Assembly (NCBI GenBank): GCA_964355855.1
Contig: CAYHFD010000003.1
Span: forward strand, 11,487-59,552
Origin: an uncultured Candidatus Saccharibacteria bacterium
Lineage (GTDB): Bacteria; Patescibacteriota; Minisyncoccia; Phycocordibacterales; XYD1-FULL-46-19
Length of the DNA: 48,066 nt
Reading direction: 5' to 3'
Shown piece by piece: positions 22,791 to 33,504 of this stretch. Under the pieces are notes generated by a model that saw nothing but the letters and a program-made list of their open reading frames with translations, did not search any database and was not told the origin of the DNA. The first letter of the stretch is position 1. The number at the start of each line of letters is the position of its first letter. The position numbers and the translations under genes were made by a program.

Positions 22791-24542
22791 TTAGGCTTTT
22801 TTATTAATCAAATTGGAAATATCTTGGCATTTTTTCAGGTATTTGTCTATCAAAGACGTATCACCCACCACTTCGGCCTCTTTAAGTTTGGTGCGGGCAT
22901 TGCCAAGCTCTAGTTTAAGATACTCCTCCTTAAAACTGCGTCCAAGTTCAGCCAACACCTTCTCTAAACTAATACGTTCAGAACCATAGTTTATTTCTAT
23001 TTCCAGCAATATTTCCCCTTTACTAGCTAATAATCGTTCTACCCCAGCTTGGATATATACCGTACCGACAACTTCTTCCAACTCCCGATAAAGTTTACTG
23101 GATTCAAACTTTTCACCAGTTTCCTCTCCTAACCACCACCAAATACCAACGATCTGGCGAAATATTCGCCCAATTCTAGTTTGGGGACTATTAGGCGGGG
23201 CGGTTGTTTGTTCACTCGCCTTTCGTTCCACCCTAAAAAATTTAGGTCCAGTTGATACGGCAGTTTCGCGAATATCTTGCCAAATTATATCTTCCGGCAA
23301 ACTAGTAACATCGGCAATTTTACTAATAAAGTGAGCTTGGTCAATTTTTTCTGGCAATCTTTTAATTAGAGAATAAAGTTCAGACTTTATCGCATGCGCC
23401 CTTTCCCGCCGGTCATCATGTTTTTTAATCAGGATAGCGAGATAAAAATCGACGACATGCAACGCTTGATTTATAATTGTGTTTAATTTTTTGGGATCAT
23501 CTTTTGCCACATCAGCTGGATCTAAACCTTCGGGAAAGGCCGCCATTTTAAGTTCTAGTCCCAACGAGACCGCCAGTTCCACTGCCCGGCGTGAGGCGCT
23601 AATACCAGCCTCATCGGCATCAAAGGCCATTATTAGATTATTAGATAGCCGTTTAAGCGACAGGAGGTGTTTATCAGTAAGGGCCGTCCCCGAGACCGCC
23701 ACCGCGTTCTCGAGACCCGACTGGTGGGACATAACCAAGTCCATTTGCCCCTCCACCAATATAGCTTTATTTAACTTCCTAATGGCCATTTTGGCTTTAT
23801 CAAGGCCATACAGTAGCTTAGACTTGTCATAAACTATAGTCTGGGGCGAATTTAGATATTTAGCCTCTTCTTCCCGACTATTGTTCGGATCATAAATACG
23901 ACCAGAAAAGCCAACCACCGAGCCACCACTATTGATAAGTGGAAACATAATCCGTCCCCGAAACCGATCATAATACCGCGTCTCACCAGAACCTTCTTTT
24001 TTGGCCACCAAACCTGCTTTTTCCAAAGTTAATAGATGATGACCTTCACCTTCTAAATAGTCGGCTAAATATCGCCAACCCTCTGGCACATACCCTAAAC
24101 GAAATTTTTCCATCGACTCTAGAGTCACCCCCCGACCTTCTAGATATTTTATGACCTCGGGAAATTCTTTGATTTTCTTTTCATAAAATCTGGTCGCCTC
24201 TTCTAAAACTCGCAAAACTATTTCTTTTTCTTTATTGTCAGATTTTTGGGGGCCCGATTTTAAATCAAGTTCTATTCCCGCCCGCTCGGCCAACATTTTT
24301 AACGCTTCGATAAAATCTAAGCCTTCTATTTCCTGGACAAAAGTTATAACATCTCCACCTTTGTTACACCCAAAACAATGGAAGCTTTGCCGTGATGGTG
24401 ATACAAAAAAGGAAGCGGTCTTTTCATTGTGAAATGGACAACACCCTTTCATGTTTACCCCTGCTTTATCTAGGCGCAGATAAGCCGACACCACATCAAC
24501 GATGTTTAGTTTATCTTTTATTTGTTCCGCTGATGTAGACAT
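22791..24542 (-). CDS. dnaG: DNA primase
   Basis: CHC2 zinc finger CPFHNEKTASFFVSPSRQSFHCFGCNKGGDVITF. Toprim region AILVEGQMDL...MAFDADEAG. Confidence 0.95.
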   Translation of the reverse strand: MSTSAEQIKDKLNIVDVVSAYLRLDKAGVNMKGCCPFHNEKTASFFVSPSRQSFHCFGCNKGGDVITFVQEIEGLDFIEALKMLAERAGIELDLKSGPQKSDNKEKEIVLRVLEEATRFYEKKIKEFPEVIKYLEGRGVTLESMEKFRLGYVPEGWRYLADYLEGEGHHLLTLEKAGLVAKKEGSGETRYYDRFRGRIMFPLINSGGSVVGFSGRIYDPNNSREEEAKYLNSPQTIVYDKSKLLYGLDKAKMAIRKLNKAILVEGQMDLVMSHQSGLENAVAVSGTALTDKHLLSLKRLSNNLIMAFDADEAGISASRRAVELAVSLGLELKMAAFPEGLDPADVAKDDPKKLNTIINQALHVVDFYLAILIKKHDDRRERAHAIKSELYSLIKRLPEKIDQAHFISKIADVTSLPEDIIWQDIRETAVSTGPKFFRVERKASEQTTAPPNSPQTRIGRIFRQIVGIWWWLGEETGEKFESSKLYRELEEVVGTVYIQAGVERLLASKGEILLEIEINYGSERISLEKVLAELGRSFKEEYLKLELGNARTKLKEAEVVGDTSLIDKYLKKCQDISNLINKKA

Positions 24543-24611
24543 AATATAAATATCCGCTCGTCAGCAAAGACCTTCGTTAATTAGTATCAACCTATTTTTT
24601 CTATCTGACGC

Positions 24612-27600
24612 TTAGCGATACAGCTTATCACTTTCAGCCTCGGCCGTCTCATTGTAACCCTTAATCAGACCCGTACCGGCTGGAATAAGGCGACCAATAA
24701 TTACATTTTCCTTCAAACCGCGCAAGTTGTCGACACCACCCTTAAGGGCTGTCTCTATTAACACTCGGGTCGCATGCTGGAAGGAAACCGAGGACAAGAA
24801 ACTGGTCGTAGTTAGCGCTACTTCAGATATACCTAAAATAACTTGGTCACCTTTAGCTTCTTCGCCATTAAATAGAGCCACCCGCTTATTTTCTTTAACA
24901 AACTCTACATACTCGACAATCTCACCAATCCGGAAACGAGTGTCCCCGGGGGTTTTAACCTTACGGCGAGAAAACATTTGGCGAATAATAAGTTCAATAT
25001 GCTTGCGCGCAATCGCCACCCCTTGTAGCTGGTAAATAGCATTGGCCTCTTTAATAACATAATCCTCAACATCAGCTCGATTGGTTAGTTTTTGATATTG
25101 AGTCAAATCAACCGATCCATCAGTTAAAATTTGGCCTCTGATAATCTGATCGCCTTTTTTTACCAAAACCGAACGAGTTGGTGGAATAGAGTAATTGACA
25201 CTACCAGACTTGGCATTTTTCTTTTTACTGCCTTCATCAACCAAAACAGTAATTATTGTTTCTTTTGGCTCCTCTTTAATTTCTAAAATTGTACCATCTA
25301 CCTCGGAAACAATAGCGGGATTTTTAGGGTGACGACGTTCAAATATTTCTTCTACGCGCGGTAAACCACCCACAATGTCACCACCGGCTGAACCCACCCC
25401 GCCGGCGTGCTTGGTTCGCATGGTGAGCTGGGTACCCGGCTCGCCAATAGCTTGGGCGGCCACAATACCGACCGGCTCGCCAATTTTTACCAATGTCGCC
25501 CGGCCCGGATCAGCCCCGTAACAAGTCTGACAAACACCCTGCAAAGTTTTGCACATTAGTGGGGTACGAATATGGGCTTCAGTAATTCCCTCTTTTTCAA
25601 TCAGTTCAGCATCAAGTTTTGTTACTAGATGACCCTTACCAAACATTTCTTTCCCGTCCTTGCTTTTTATGGCCGACAACAAAATTCGCCCTTTTATGCT
25701 ATTACTAATACCAGAATCAAAACCAAGAATATGTTTAGCAGTAATATGTTTACCTTCAGTGTCACCGCAATCTTCCTCGGTAATAACCAGGTCTTGGGCT
25801 ACATCAACCAATTTGCGAGTAAGATAACCAGCCTTAGCGGTATTAAGCGCGGTGTCCGCCAAACCCTTGCGCGAACCATGGGTCGTAATAAAGTATTCAA
25901 GTGGCGATAATCCTTCCTTATAAGACGGAATGATTGGGAAGTCGATCATGTTACCGGCGGGGTTCACAATCAAACCTTTCATACCAACCATTTGCGTCAT
26001 CTGGCTATAAGAACCGCGGGCCTTGGATACCAACATGTCCTTCACCGAACTGTCTTCAATTAAAGTATCGGGAATTATTTTTTCAATTTTACCACGGGTA
26101 CGATTCCAAATTTCAATCGTCATTCGTTCCCTTTCTGTATCCGACAACAAACCTTCATTATACTTTTCTTCAATATTTAGGGCTTCTTTTCGAGCCTCGG
26201 CCACAATGGCTTTTTTACCCGCTGGCACCTGGACATCATCAATACCCCAGGTAATGCCTGACTTGGTCGCAAATTTAAAACCAAAAGATTTAACTTTGTC
26301 CAAAATGTCAGGCATACGTTCAATACCATAAGTCAAAATAAGTTGATCAACAATTTTTGATATTTCACCACCAGTTATTTCTTTGTTGATAAAGACAAAA
26401 TCTGAGGGCAAGGTGTTATTAAAGAGTATCCGACCAACCGTTGTTTCAAAAATTTGACCAGACAACTCTTTGTATTTATCGGGGTTACCGCCAACCAACT
26501 TGATCGGCTGTTGTAAGTTAACCTCGCCAAAATCATACGCCATAATAGCCGCATTTGGGCTGGGATAAATTTTAATTTCTACCCCCGCTTTTGGCCGAAG
26601 CTTGGTTACCCAATATGAACCAAGAACAATATCCATGCGCATTTCTACAATTGGGTCACCCGAACCTGGCTTTAATAAGTTTTTATTGGAAGCAATAATT
26701 TCTCGCGCTTCTTTTTGGGCGGCCGCTGAAAGTGGAACATGAACAGCCATCTGGTCACCATCAAAGTCGGCGTTGAAAGCTGGACAAACTAGTGGGTGAA
26801 TTTGAATAGCATTGCCCTCAATCAAGACTGGCTGAAAAGCCTGAATACCAAGACGGTGCAAGGTTGGCGCCCGGTTTAGAAACACATATTTGTGTTTAAT
26901 TACATCTTCAAGAATAGCCCAAACCTCGGGAATACCTTCGTCGATAAGACGACCAGACCCACGAATATTAAAGGCCAATTCCTGTTCCAAAATTTTAGCA
27001 ATTACAAACGGTCGGAAAAGTTCCAACGCCATATGCTTGGGCAAACCACACTGTGATATTTTTAGTTCTGGACCAACCACAATTACCGAACGGCCAGAAT
27101 AGTCAACCCGCTTACCCAAAAGGTTCTGGCGGAAACGACCTTGCTTACCCCGCAAACTATCCGCTAGCGATTTTAGTGGTCGGCGTTGGGCTTGATTCAT
27201 TACCCCTTCACCACCGGCCTTACGGATCGAGTTATCAATCAAAGCATCGACGGCTTCTTGCAAAATACGCTTTTCGTTACGCAAAATAACATCGGGCGCG
27301 TTTAGATCGAGCAGTTTTTTTAGACGGTTATTGCGGTTAATAACTCGGCGATACAAATCGTTGACATCGGAAGTGGCATGGCGACCACCATCAAGCGCTA
27401 CCATCGGGCGAAGCGCTGGTGGAATAACTGGAATATTTTTTAAGAACATCCACTCGGGACGAACACCAGCTCGACCAATTGATTTTACTAAGTTAAATCT
27501 TTTTTGAATTTTAGCCCGTTCGACCGCGCTCGCTTTTTCCAAATCAATTGCTAGTTGTTTTTCCATTACTGGCAAATCAATTGATTCAAAAACCTTATTT

Positions 27601-28265
27601 ATTGCTTCCGCCCCAATCCCGGCCTCAAAAACCGTACCAAACTTTAATGATAGGCGATGATAAGTAACCTCATCCAACACCTGCCAAAGTCGCAGACCTT
27701 CGACGGCTTTTTTCATATTAGAAAGAGACTCTTTTAAGCGCTCCTTGTCTTCATCGGTCGATAAATCCTTAACCCGCGTTTTGTACTCACTATCTAATTG
27801 TTTTAAGACTCGTTGTTTTTCTTCTTCATTGACCGAGGTCACGATGTAACCAGCAAAATAAATAACTTTCTCTAAATCAGAAATTGAGAGGCTAAGCAAC
27901 GTACCAATCCGAGATGGAATGCTACGGAAAAACCAGATATGAGCCACTGGTGTCGCTAGTTCAATATGACCCATCCGTTCACGACGAACAATCGAACGAG
28001 TTATTTCCACGCCACATTTTTCACAAATAATTCCCTTGTATCGAATCCGTTTATATTTTCCACAATAACATTCGTAATCTTTTTCTGGCCCAAAAATACG
28101 CTCGTCAAAAAGGCCACTGCGTTCAGAGCGACCAGTGCGATAGTTAATAGTCTCTGGTTTGGTCACCTCACCGTATGACCATTCTTTTATTTTTTCTGGT
28201 GATGCTAATTTTAGAGTAATAGCATCGAACTCCTTAACTGTTTCTTGTGTTTGATTGTTGTTCAT
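24612..28265 (-). CDS. rpoC: DNA-directed RNA polymerase subunit beta'
   Basis: 1217 aa. Zn-binding CYCGKYK...CEKCGVE and catalytic [12 protein letters not shown]. Confidence 0.97.
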   Translation of the reverse strand: MNNNQTQETVKEFDAITLKLASPEKIKEWSYGEVTKPETINYRTGRSERSGLFDERIFGPEKDYECYCGKYKRIRYKGIICEKCGVEITRSIVRRERMGHIELATPVAHIWFFRSIPSRIGTLLSLSISDLEKVIYFAGYIVTSVNEEEKQRVLKQLDSEYKTRVKDLSTDEDKERLKESLSNMKKAVEGLRLWQVLDEVTYHRLSLKFGTVFEAGIGAEAINKVFESIDLPVMEKQLAIDLEKASAVERAKIQKRFNLVKSIGRAGVRPEWMFLKNIPVIPPALRPMVALDGGRHATSDVNDLYRRVINRNNRLKKLLDLNAPDVILRNEKRILQEAVDALIDNSIRKAGGEGVMNQAQRRPLKSLADSLRGKQGRFRQNLLGKRVDYSGRSVIVVGPELKISQCGLPKHMALELFRPFVIAKILEQELAFNIRGSGRLIDEGIPEVWAILEDVIKHKYVFLNRAPTLHRLGIQAFQPVLIEGNAIQIHPLVCPAFNADFDGDQMAVHVPLSAAAQKEAREIIASNKNLLKPGSGDPIVEMRMDIVLGSYWVTKLRPKAGVEIKIYPSPNAAIMAYDFGEVNLQQPIKLVGGNPDKYKELSGQIFETTVGRILFNNTLPSDFVFINKEITGGEISKIVDQLILTYGIERMPDILDKVKSFGFKFATKSGITWGIDDVQVPAGKKAIVAEARKEALNIEEKYNEGLLSDTERERMTIEIWNRTRGKIEKIIPDTLIEDSSVKDMLVSKARGSYSQMTQMVGMKGLIVNPAGNMIDFPIIPSYKEGLSPLEYFITTHGSRKGLADTALNTAKAGYLTRKLVDVAQDLVITEEDCGDTEGKHITAKHILGFDSGISNSIKGRILLSAIKSKDGKEMFGKGHLVTKLDAELIEKEGITEAHIRTPLMCKTLQGVCQTCYGADPGRATLVKIGEPVGIVAAQAIGEPGTQLTMRTKHAGGVGSAGGDIVGGLPRVEEIFERRHPKNPAIVSEVDGTILEIKEEPKETIITVLVDEGSKKKNAKSGSVNYSIPPTRSVLVKKGDQIIRGQILTDGSVDLTQYQKLTNRADVEDYVIKEANAIYQLQGVAIARKHIELIIRQMFSRRKVKTPGDTRFRIGEIVEYVEFVKENKRVALFNGEEAKGDQVILGISEVALTTTSFLSSVSFQHATRVLIETALKGGVDNLRGLKENVIIGRLIPAGTGLIKGYNETAEAESDKLYR

Positions 28266-28282
28266 AAGATTGGTGTAAGGGA

Positions 28283-31200
28283 TTACTCTTCGTTATTTTT
28301 AAGTTCAATATCAAGCCCCAGACCACGGAGCTCGTTTAGCATCACATTAAATGAAGCCGGCACACTTGGTTGTTTAATATGTTCACCCTTCACTAGCGAA
28401 TCAAAAGCCTGTGAGCGACCCACAATGTCGTCAGATTTGATGGTGAGCATTTCTCGTAGCGAATAGGCCGCGCCATATCCCTCGAGGGCCCACACTTCCA
28501 TCTCGCCAAAACGCTGACCCCCACCTTGCGATCGTCCCCCTAGCGGTTGCTGGGTAATGAGTGAATATGGCCCAATACTACGCATGTGAATTTTGTCTTC
28601 CACCATATGACCAAGTTTTAGAATGTACATATAACCAACGGCCACATCCTGTTCAAAACGGTCACCGGTAAAACCATCATAAAGTGCCACCTTACCGCCC
28701 TCATTAAAGCCCGCTTTTTTTAGTTCTAGTTTAATCTCGGCATCAGTCGCCCCCATGAAAGTTGGGGTGATAGCTTGGTACCCAAGTGTGGCCGCCGCCA
28801 TACCTAGGTGCATTTCAAAAATCTGTCCCAAATTCATACGGGACGGCACACCAAGCGGTGTCAGAATAACATCCACTGGTGTACCGTCGGCCATATAAGG
28901 CATATCTTCTTCCGGTAAAACCCGAGAAATAACACCTTTGTTACCATGGCGTCCAGCCAACTTGTCGCCCACTGACACATTTCTTACTTGGGCCACCTGA
29001 ATATAAATACGTTTAATAATACCTGATTCTAGTTTGTCGCCATTTTCGCGCGAAAAAACCTTAATACCGATTACTCGTCCCCGTTTGCCGTGCGGTACCC
29101 GAAGGGAAGCATCCTTCACATCGCGGGCTTTTTCACCAAAAATTGAACGTAACAGTCTTTCTTCTGGCGTCAGTTCAGTTTCACCCTTTGGTGTAATTTT
29201 ACCAACCAAAATATCATTTGGTTCAACTTCCGCTCCAATGCGAATAATACCATCCTCGTCGAGGTTTCGTAGTTTGGTTTCACCAACATTTGAAATATCG
29301 TGAGTGGTAATTTCTGGTCCTAGCTTAGTATCACGCACATCGGCTTGAAACTCTTCAATATAAACCGAAGAAAACTTGCTGTTTTTAATTAGTCGTTCGG
29401 AAATAATAATCGCATCTTCATAGTTGGCCCCGTGCCAAGACATGAAAGCCACGAAAGCATTTTGTCCGACTGCCGCTTGGCCTTCATCCGAGGAAGAAGT
29501 ATCAATCAACAAATCACCTTTTTTGATTTTCTGACCCAACGCCACTTTGGCCCGCTGGTGGAACATTGAATTATCATTGGTCTTAGCAAAAGTAATTAGT
29601 TCGTGCACTTCTTCTTTCCCATCATCACCTTTAACAATAATCTTTTTGCCATCAACATGGGTAACCACACCCGCTCGGCTAGCGTGAATTACCCGACCGG
29701 AATCACGAGCCACTTTGCCTTCAATACCAGTCGCCACCAAAGGTGCTTCGGGCACCAAGCAAGGTACTGATTGCTTTTGCATATTTGAACCCATCAAAGC
29801 CCGGTTAGCATCATCGTGTTCCAGGAAAGGAATCATCGAGGTGGCAATCGAGTAAGCCTGGTTGGGCGCCACATCAATAAAGTCAACTTCTTGGGCTGGA
29901 GTCAATCCAGGCTTAGTGTTCATTCGCACCTCAACCAATTCATCTAAGAGTTTACCTGATTCGTCGTAACGGACAGCAGCATGGGCAATGCGATATTTTT
30001 CCTCTTCCAAGGCGTTCATATAAACAATTTCATCCACAATCTTACCTTTTATTACCCGGCGGTAAGGCGCTTCGATAATACCAAATTCATTGACCCGAGA
30101 ATAAGTAGCCAATTGTAAAATAAGACCAATGTTTGGACCTTCTGGTGTATGGATTGGGCAAACACGAGCATAGTGAGAAGAATGCACATCACGCACGTCT
30201 AGACCGGCTCGTTCCCGCGTCAGACCACCGGGTCCGAGCGCCGACAAACGACGCAAGTGTTCGATTTCTGATAGTACATTTTGCTGACCCATAAACTGCG
30301 ACAGCTGGTTAGTGGTGAAAAATTCTTTCAAACGGGCCTGCAAAGGACGGGGTGATATAAGTTGAATCGGGAGCAAGGTTGTAGCGTCAACGGTCGACAT
30401 CCGGTCTTGGATATTACGCTTCATCTGGGTCATACCCACTTTTAGTTTTTGCTGAAGCATTTCACCGATCGAGCGGATGCGACGAAAACCAAGGTGGTCA
30501 ATATCGTCAGCCTTGGCCCCTTTAGTTGTGTTTAGGGTCACAACCTGAGACAAAATCATGATAATGTCATCGAGGTCGATGGTTCGCTTCTCGCGGGCTT
30601 TTTCGTCTATCGGCAAACCAAACCGTTCGTTGAAACGAAGTCGTCCCACCACCGAAAAGTCGTATTTTTCTCGGGTAAACAAGCTCGACACAAATTCCTT
30701 CGAGTTGGCCGCGGTCGCAAGATCTGAATCACGCAACCGTTTGTAAACTTCCACATAGGCGTCCTCGGGCGTCTTAGCATGATCTTTAGCTAAAGTCGCT
30801 TTGATATAGTTAATATCCACTCCCTTGTCGGCAAAAAGTTTTTCCATATCCTCGGCTTCTAGTTTTTTACCGGCTAAATCAGCAAGAATACGGATTAGCG
30901 AGCTAGCGGGAAATTTTCGTTTACGATCGATACGCACATACATCGCGCCATCGGCTTCGGTTTCAAATTCAATCCACACGCCACGAGCGGGAATTATTTT
31001 AGCGCCAAAATATTTGTTACCCCGAATATCATTATCGGTAAAAAATACCCCAAAAGACCGCGCCAGTTGAGGCACGATTACGCGTTCAATGCCATTTATA
31101 ATAAATGTTCCATGGGCGGTCATTACCGGAAAATCAGCCAGAAAAATTTCCTGCTCTTTGTCCTGATTTAGGGTTTTATTATGAAGTTTTACCTTCACCC

Positions 31201-31450
31201 GCAGTGAAGCGTCGTAGGAAAGCTTGTTTTCCTTGGCATAGTGTTCATCGTACTTTGGCTCGTCGAGCTGAAAACTCGTGAAATCAAGCTGAAACTTTTT
31301 TTCCGAATAGTCCTTAATTGACGAAAATTCCTCAAACAATTCCTTCAACCCAGACTTGACCAGCCACTGATACGAGGTAGTCTGTAGCTCCATCAAATTC
31401 GGAATCTCGGCAAGCGGTTTTTTAAACCGCGAAAAATATTTTTGCTCCAT
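28283..31450 (-). CDS. rpoB: DNA-directed RNA polymerase subunit beta
   Basis: Conserved blocks throughout (GPNIGLI, NMQKQSVP, GHMVEDKIHMRSIGPYSLITQQPLGG). I place the start at MEQKYFSRF (31450); the 27 codons upstream lie in a repeat-rich leader. Confidence 0.95.
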   Translation of the reverse strand: MEQKYFSRFKKPLAEIPNLMELQTTSYQWLVKSGLKELFEEFSSIKDYSEKKFQLDFTSFQLDEPKYDEHYAKENKLSYDASLRVKVKLHNKTLNQDKEQEIFLADFPVMTAHGTFIINGIERVIVPQLARSFGVFFTDNDIRGNKYFGAKIIPARGVWIEFETEADGAMYVRIDRKRKFPASSLIRILADLAGKKLEAEDMEKLFADKGVDINYIKATLAKDHAKTPEDAYVEVYKRLRDSDLATAANSKEFVSSLFTREKYDFSVVGRLRFNERFGLPIDEKAREKRTIDLDDIIMILSQVVTLNTTKGAKADDIDHLGFRRIRSIGEMLQQKLKVGMTQMKRNIQDRMSTVDATTLLPIQLISPRPLQARLKEFFTTNQLSQFMGQQNVLSEIEHLRRLSALGPGGLTRERAGLDVRDVHSSHYARVCPIHTPEGPNIGLILQLATYSRVNEFGIIEAPYRRVIKGKIVDEIVYMNALEEEKYRIAHAAVRYDESGKLLDELVEVRMNTKPGLTPAQEVDFIDVAPNQAYSIATSMIPFLEHDDANRALMGSNMQKQSVPCLVPEAPLVATGIEGKVARDSGRVIHASRAGVVTHVDGKKIIVKGDDGKEEVHELITFAKTNDNSMFHQRAKVALGQKIKKGDLLIDTSSSDEGQAAVGQNAFVAFMSWHGANYEDAIIISERLIKNSKFSSVYIEEFQADVRDTKLGPEITTHDISNVGETKLRNLDEDGIIRIGAEVEPNDILVGKITPKGETELTPEERLLRSIFGEKARDVKDASLRVPHGKRGRVIGIKVFSRENGDKLESGIIKRIYIQVAQVRNVSVGDKLAGRHGNKGVISRVLPEEDMPYMADGTPVDVILTPLGVPSRMNLGQIFEMHLGMAAATLGYQAITPTFMGATDAEIKLELKKAGFNEGGKVALYDGFTGDRFEQDVAVGYMYILKLGHMVEDKIHMRSIGPYSLITQQPLGGRSQGGGQRFGEMEVWALEGYGAAYSLREMLTIKSDDIVGRSQAFDSLVKGEHIKQPSVPASFNVMLNELRGLGLDIELKNNEE

Positions 31451-31789
31451 CAGAAAATTATTAAAAGATAATTTGTAAATCACAAACACCAAATCACAAA
31501 TTCCAAACAAATCCCAAGCACCAAATTCCAAATAAATCCATAAACATCATGTCCTATACCCTTGAGATTTTTGAGTTTGAGATTTGGAACTTGTTTGAGA
31601 TTTGCCTGCCTGTCCGGTAGGCAGGGTGTTTGTGATTTGGGATTTTGAAAAACACTACCCCAAATTAATCACAAAAACGCAGAAAGCCCTCCGCCTATAA
31701 GCGTCGGGTTATCTGATAGTGGTTGTGCAAGACACGTACCGAAAACCATATTCGAGCCAATCGGAACTCACTCTTGCCGAATTGGAGGT

Positions 31790-31817
31790 AGTATAGCAGA
31801 CCAACAAAAAGTGTCAA
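31790..31817 (-). promoter_or_regulatory. Consensus-like promoter about 330 nt upstream of rpoB
   Basis: Minus strand: TTGACA-N16-TATACT. Confidence 0.6.
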
Positions 31818-31922
31818 ATTCTAAGATCAGGGAGCAAATTTGATAAAATATTACAAAAATTCAACGGCCTCGAAATTACACCCTCAATACCACCTTATCT
31901 ATATAATTTAATCTAAAATTTT

Positions 31923-31966
31923 CCCTTACCTAATAATCTTACGGTCGTAAGATTATTAGGTAAGGG
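31923..31966. repeat. Perfect 44-bp palindrome (21-2-21) overlapping the 3' end of the PaaX-like gene
   Basis: CCCTTACCTAATAATCTTACG-GT-CGTAAGATTATTAGGTAAGGG. The stop codon (31956-31958) lies in the right arm. Confidence 0.85.
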
Positions 31967-32516
31967 GTAAACTAAAAGTTTTTTTTAACCACATGTCATT
32001 CTCAATTGCTTCTACTGTAAGGTATAGAACTTCAGAACCTACACCGAGTTTGAACTTTAAAAGCATCACCACTTCCCGACACTCGTAAGGAAAAACCCAA
32101 ACGCTGTTTTGCAGTCGAACAAAACCCAAACCATGCAACCAATTCCGTAAATCATCCCTCTTATTTCGTCGGTGTTCTTTAATATCAAAAATAATCACTC
32201 GATATTTCTTGTCCCATTTTTTAGGCTTAACAATAGAAAGTTGTCCCATTTCGTATCTAGTTAAAATCTCTTCTCCTTTTTTAGTTACAACAAAAAAATT
32301 ATTACCTTGTTTATTTGTTTTTATCTTAAGAAGTCCCCGCTGAAGCGTGCGAGTAATAACAGTATCAACATACCATTTCCTATTCCTCTTTAGAGTGCCA
32401 CCATCAAGTAATTTTAGTGCTTGCAGAGCGTTGGGAGCTAAAATAGCCACACTAATTACACCAGCCAGTTTAGCTGTCGATAGTATTATTTCCTGAATAT
32501 TTAATTTAGCAATCAT
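31956..32516 (-). CDS. PaaX-C-terminal-like / Cas2-fold domain protein
   Basis: WDKKYRVIIFDIKEHRRNKRDDLRNWLHGLGFVRLQNSVWVFPY resembles the WDGxWxxVxFDIPExxRxxRDxxRxxLxxxGFxxLQxSVWxxP block that I recall being annotated PaaX- or Cas2-like in CPR genomes. The N-terminus is hydrophobic. Confidence 0.45.
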   Translation of the reverse strand: MIAKLNIQEIILSTAKLAGVISVAILAPNALQALKLLDGGTLKRNRKWYVDTVITRTLQRGLLKIKTNKQGNNFFVVTKKGEEILTRYEMGQLSIVKPKKWDKKYRVIIFDIKEHRRNKRDDLRNWLHGLGFVRLQNSVWVFPYECREVVMLLKFKLGVGSEVLYLTVEAIENDMWLKKTFSLPLT

Positions 32517-32564
32517 AAAATGTAAGCCAGGTTTGCTTTAGTATTTTACCACCATCTATTTGTT

Positions 32565-32603
32565 TTACCTAATCTTTCTACGACCGTAAATGTATTAGGT
32601 AAG
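32565..32603. repeat. Imperfect copy of the same palindrome upstream of the PaaX-like gene
   Basis: TTACCTAAT-ctttc-TACG-AC-CGTA-aatgt-ATTAGGTAA. The outer 9 bp and inner TACG/CGTA are conserved with 31923-31966. Confidence 0.55.
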
Positions 32604-32647
32604 GTAAGTAAAGGAAAAATGATTAGGCCTCTTCTTATAAATTTTAT

Positions 32648-33337
32648 TTAAAATGAAGTTCGCTCCCCGCGCCAGCCGTCGATATTTTGGTGGTGACCGG
32701 AAAGCAGTACTTTTGGCACGCGGTGCTTTTTCTTTTTATACTCCAAAATTTCTGGTCGGGTATAGACTTCGCCCGAGGCAATGCGCCGTTCCTCCACCGA
32801 CTCATCTTTACCCAAAACCCCCGGTAACTTGCGGGTAACAGTATCGAGCACCACCAGCGCTGGCAGTTCCCCACCGGTGAGCACATAGGGGCCCACCGAG
32901 ATTTCTTCGGCTTTCAAAATCTTTTTTACCCGGCCATCGATGCCTTCATAGCGTCCAGAAATCATAATAAGTTCATCGTATTGTTTCGCCCACTTCGCCG
33001 CCAGTTCATTCGTAAACAGCCTCCCCCCCGGACTAAATATTATTGTCTTCGTTTTCTTCGTTTTTGATTTCGAATTTAGTGCTTGTTTCGAATTTCGGAT
33101 TTTGTGCTTCGTGCTTATCCTCGCGACTGCTCGCAGTATTGGCTCCGCCTTCAACACCATCCCCGGCCCACCACCATATGGTCGTTCGTCGGCTTTGTGG
33201 TGCTTGTCTTTGGTAAAGTCACGCGGATTTAAAATTTTAACTTTGATTTTTTTGGTCCCGATGGCTCGACCAATAATCGAACTATTTAAATAGCTCGTGA
33301 GGGCCTCGGGTACGACGGAAATAATGTTGAAGGTCAT
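32648..33337 (-). CDS. trmD: tRNA (guanine37-N1)-methyltransferase
   Basis: RPYGGGPGMVLK, SGRYEGIDGRV, VLTGGELPALVVLD, LLSGHH. Carries an about 14-aa Lys/Ser-rich insertion relative to E. coli TrmD. Confidence 0.93.
   Translation of the reverse strand: MTFNIISVVPEALTSYLNSSIIGRAIGTKKIKVKILNPRDFTKDKHHKADERPYGGGPGMVLKAEPILRAVARISTKHKIRNSKQALNSKSKTKKTKTIIFSPGGRLFTNELAAKWAKQYDELIMISGRYEGIDGRVKKILKAEEISVGPYVLTGGELPALVVLDTVTRKLPGVLGKDESVEERRIASGEVYTRPEILEYKKKKHRVPKVLLSGHHQNIDGWRGERTSF
33079..33120. repeat. 42-nt copy of an intergenic short-repeat family inside the trmD reading frame
   Basis: gtgcttgtttcgaatttcggattttgtgcttcgtgcttatcc differs from the intergenic copy at 37598-37640 only by a handful of substitutions and a 1-nt indel. 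Encodes ISTKHKIRNSKQAL. Confidence 0.7.
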
Positions 33338-33372
33338 AGTGTAAATTTAAGCACGAAGAGTTCACGATAAAT

Positions 33373-33484
33373 CCGAAGCACGAAATCCGAAACAAATGGA
33401 CTCAAAATCATAAATCAAAAATTCTAAATGTTTTAAATTTTCCCCATTTATAATTTAGATATTGTTTCGGATTTCGTGCTTCGG
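33373..33484. repeat. 23-bp perfect inverted repeat (same short-repeat family) between livF and trmD
   Basis: ccgaagcacgaaatccgaaacaa (33373-33395) and ttgtttcggatttcgtgcttcgg (33462-33484), spaced by 66 nt. Extendable by 4 A/T pairs. Confidence 0.8.
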
Positions 33485-33504
33485 ATTTCGGATTTTCGGC
33501 TAAA

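Noticed and set aside
31451-31531. 27-codon N-terminal extension of rpoB (MEFGAWDLFGICDLVFVIYKLSFNNFL)
   Set aside because: It is a translation of the repeat-rich leader with no similarity to the beta subunit N-terminus. MEQKYFSRFKK at 31450 matches the usual start.
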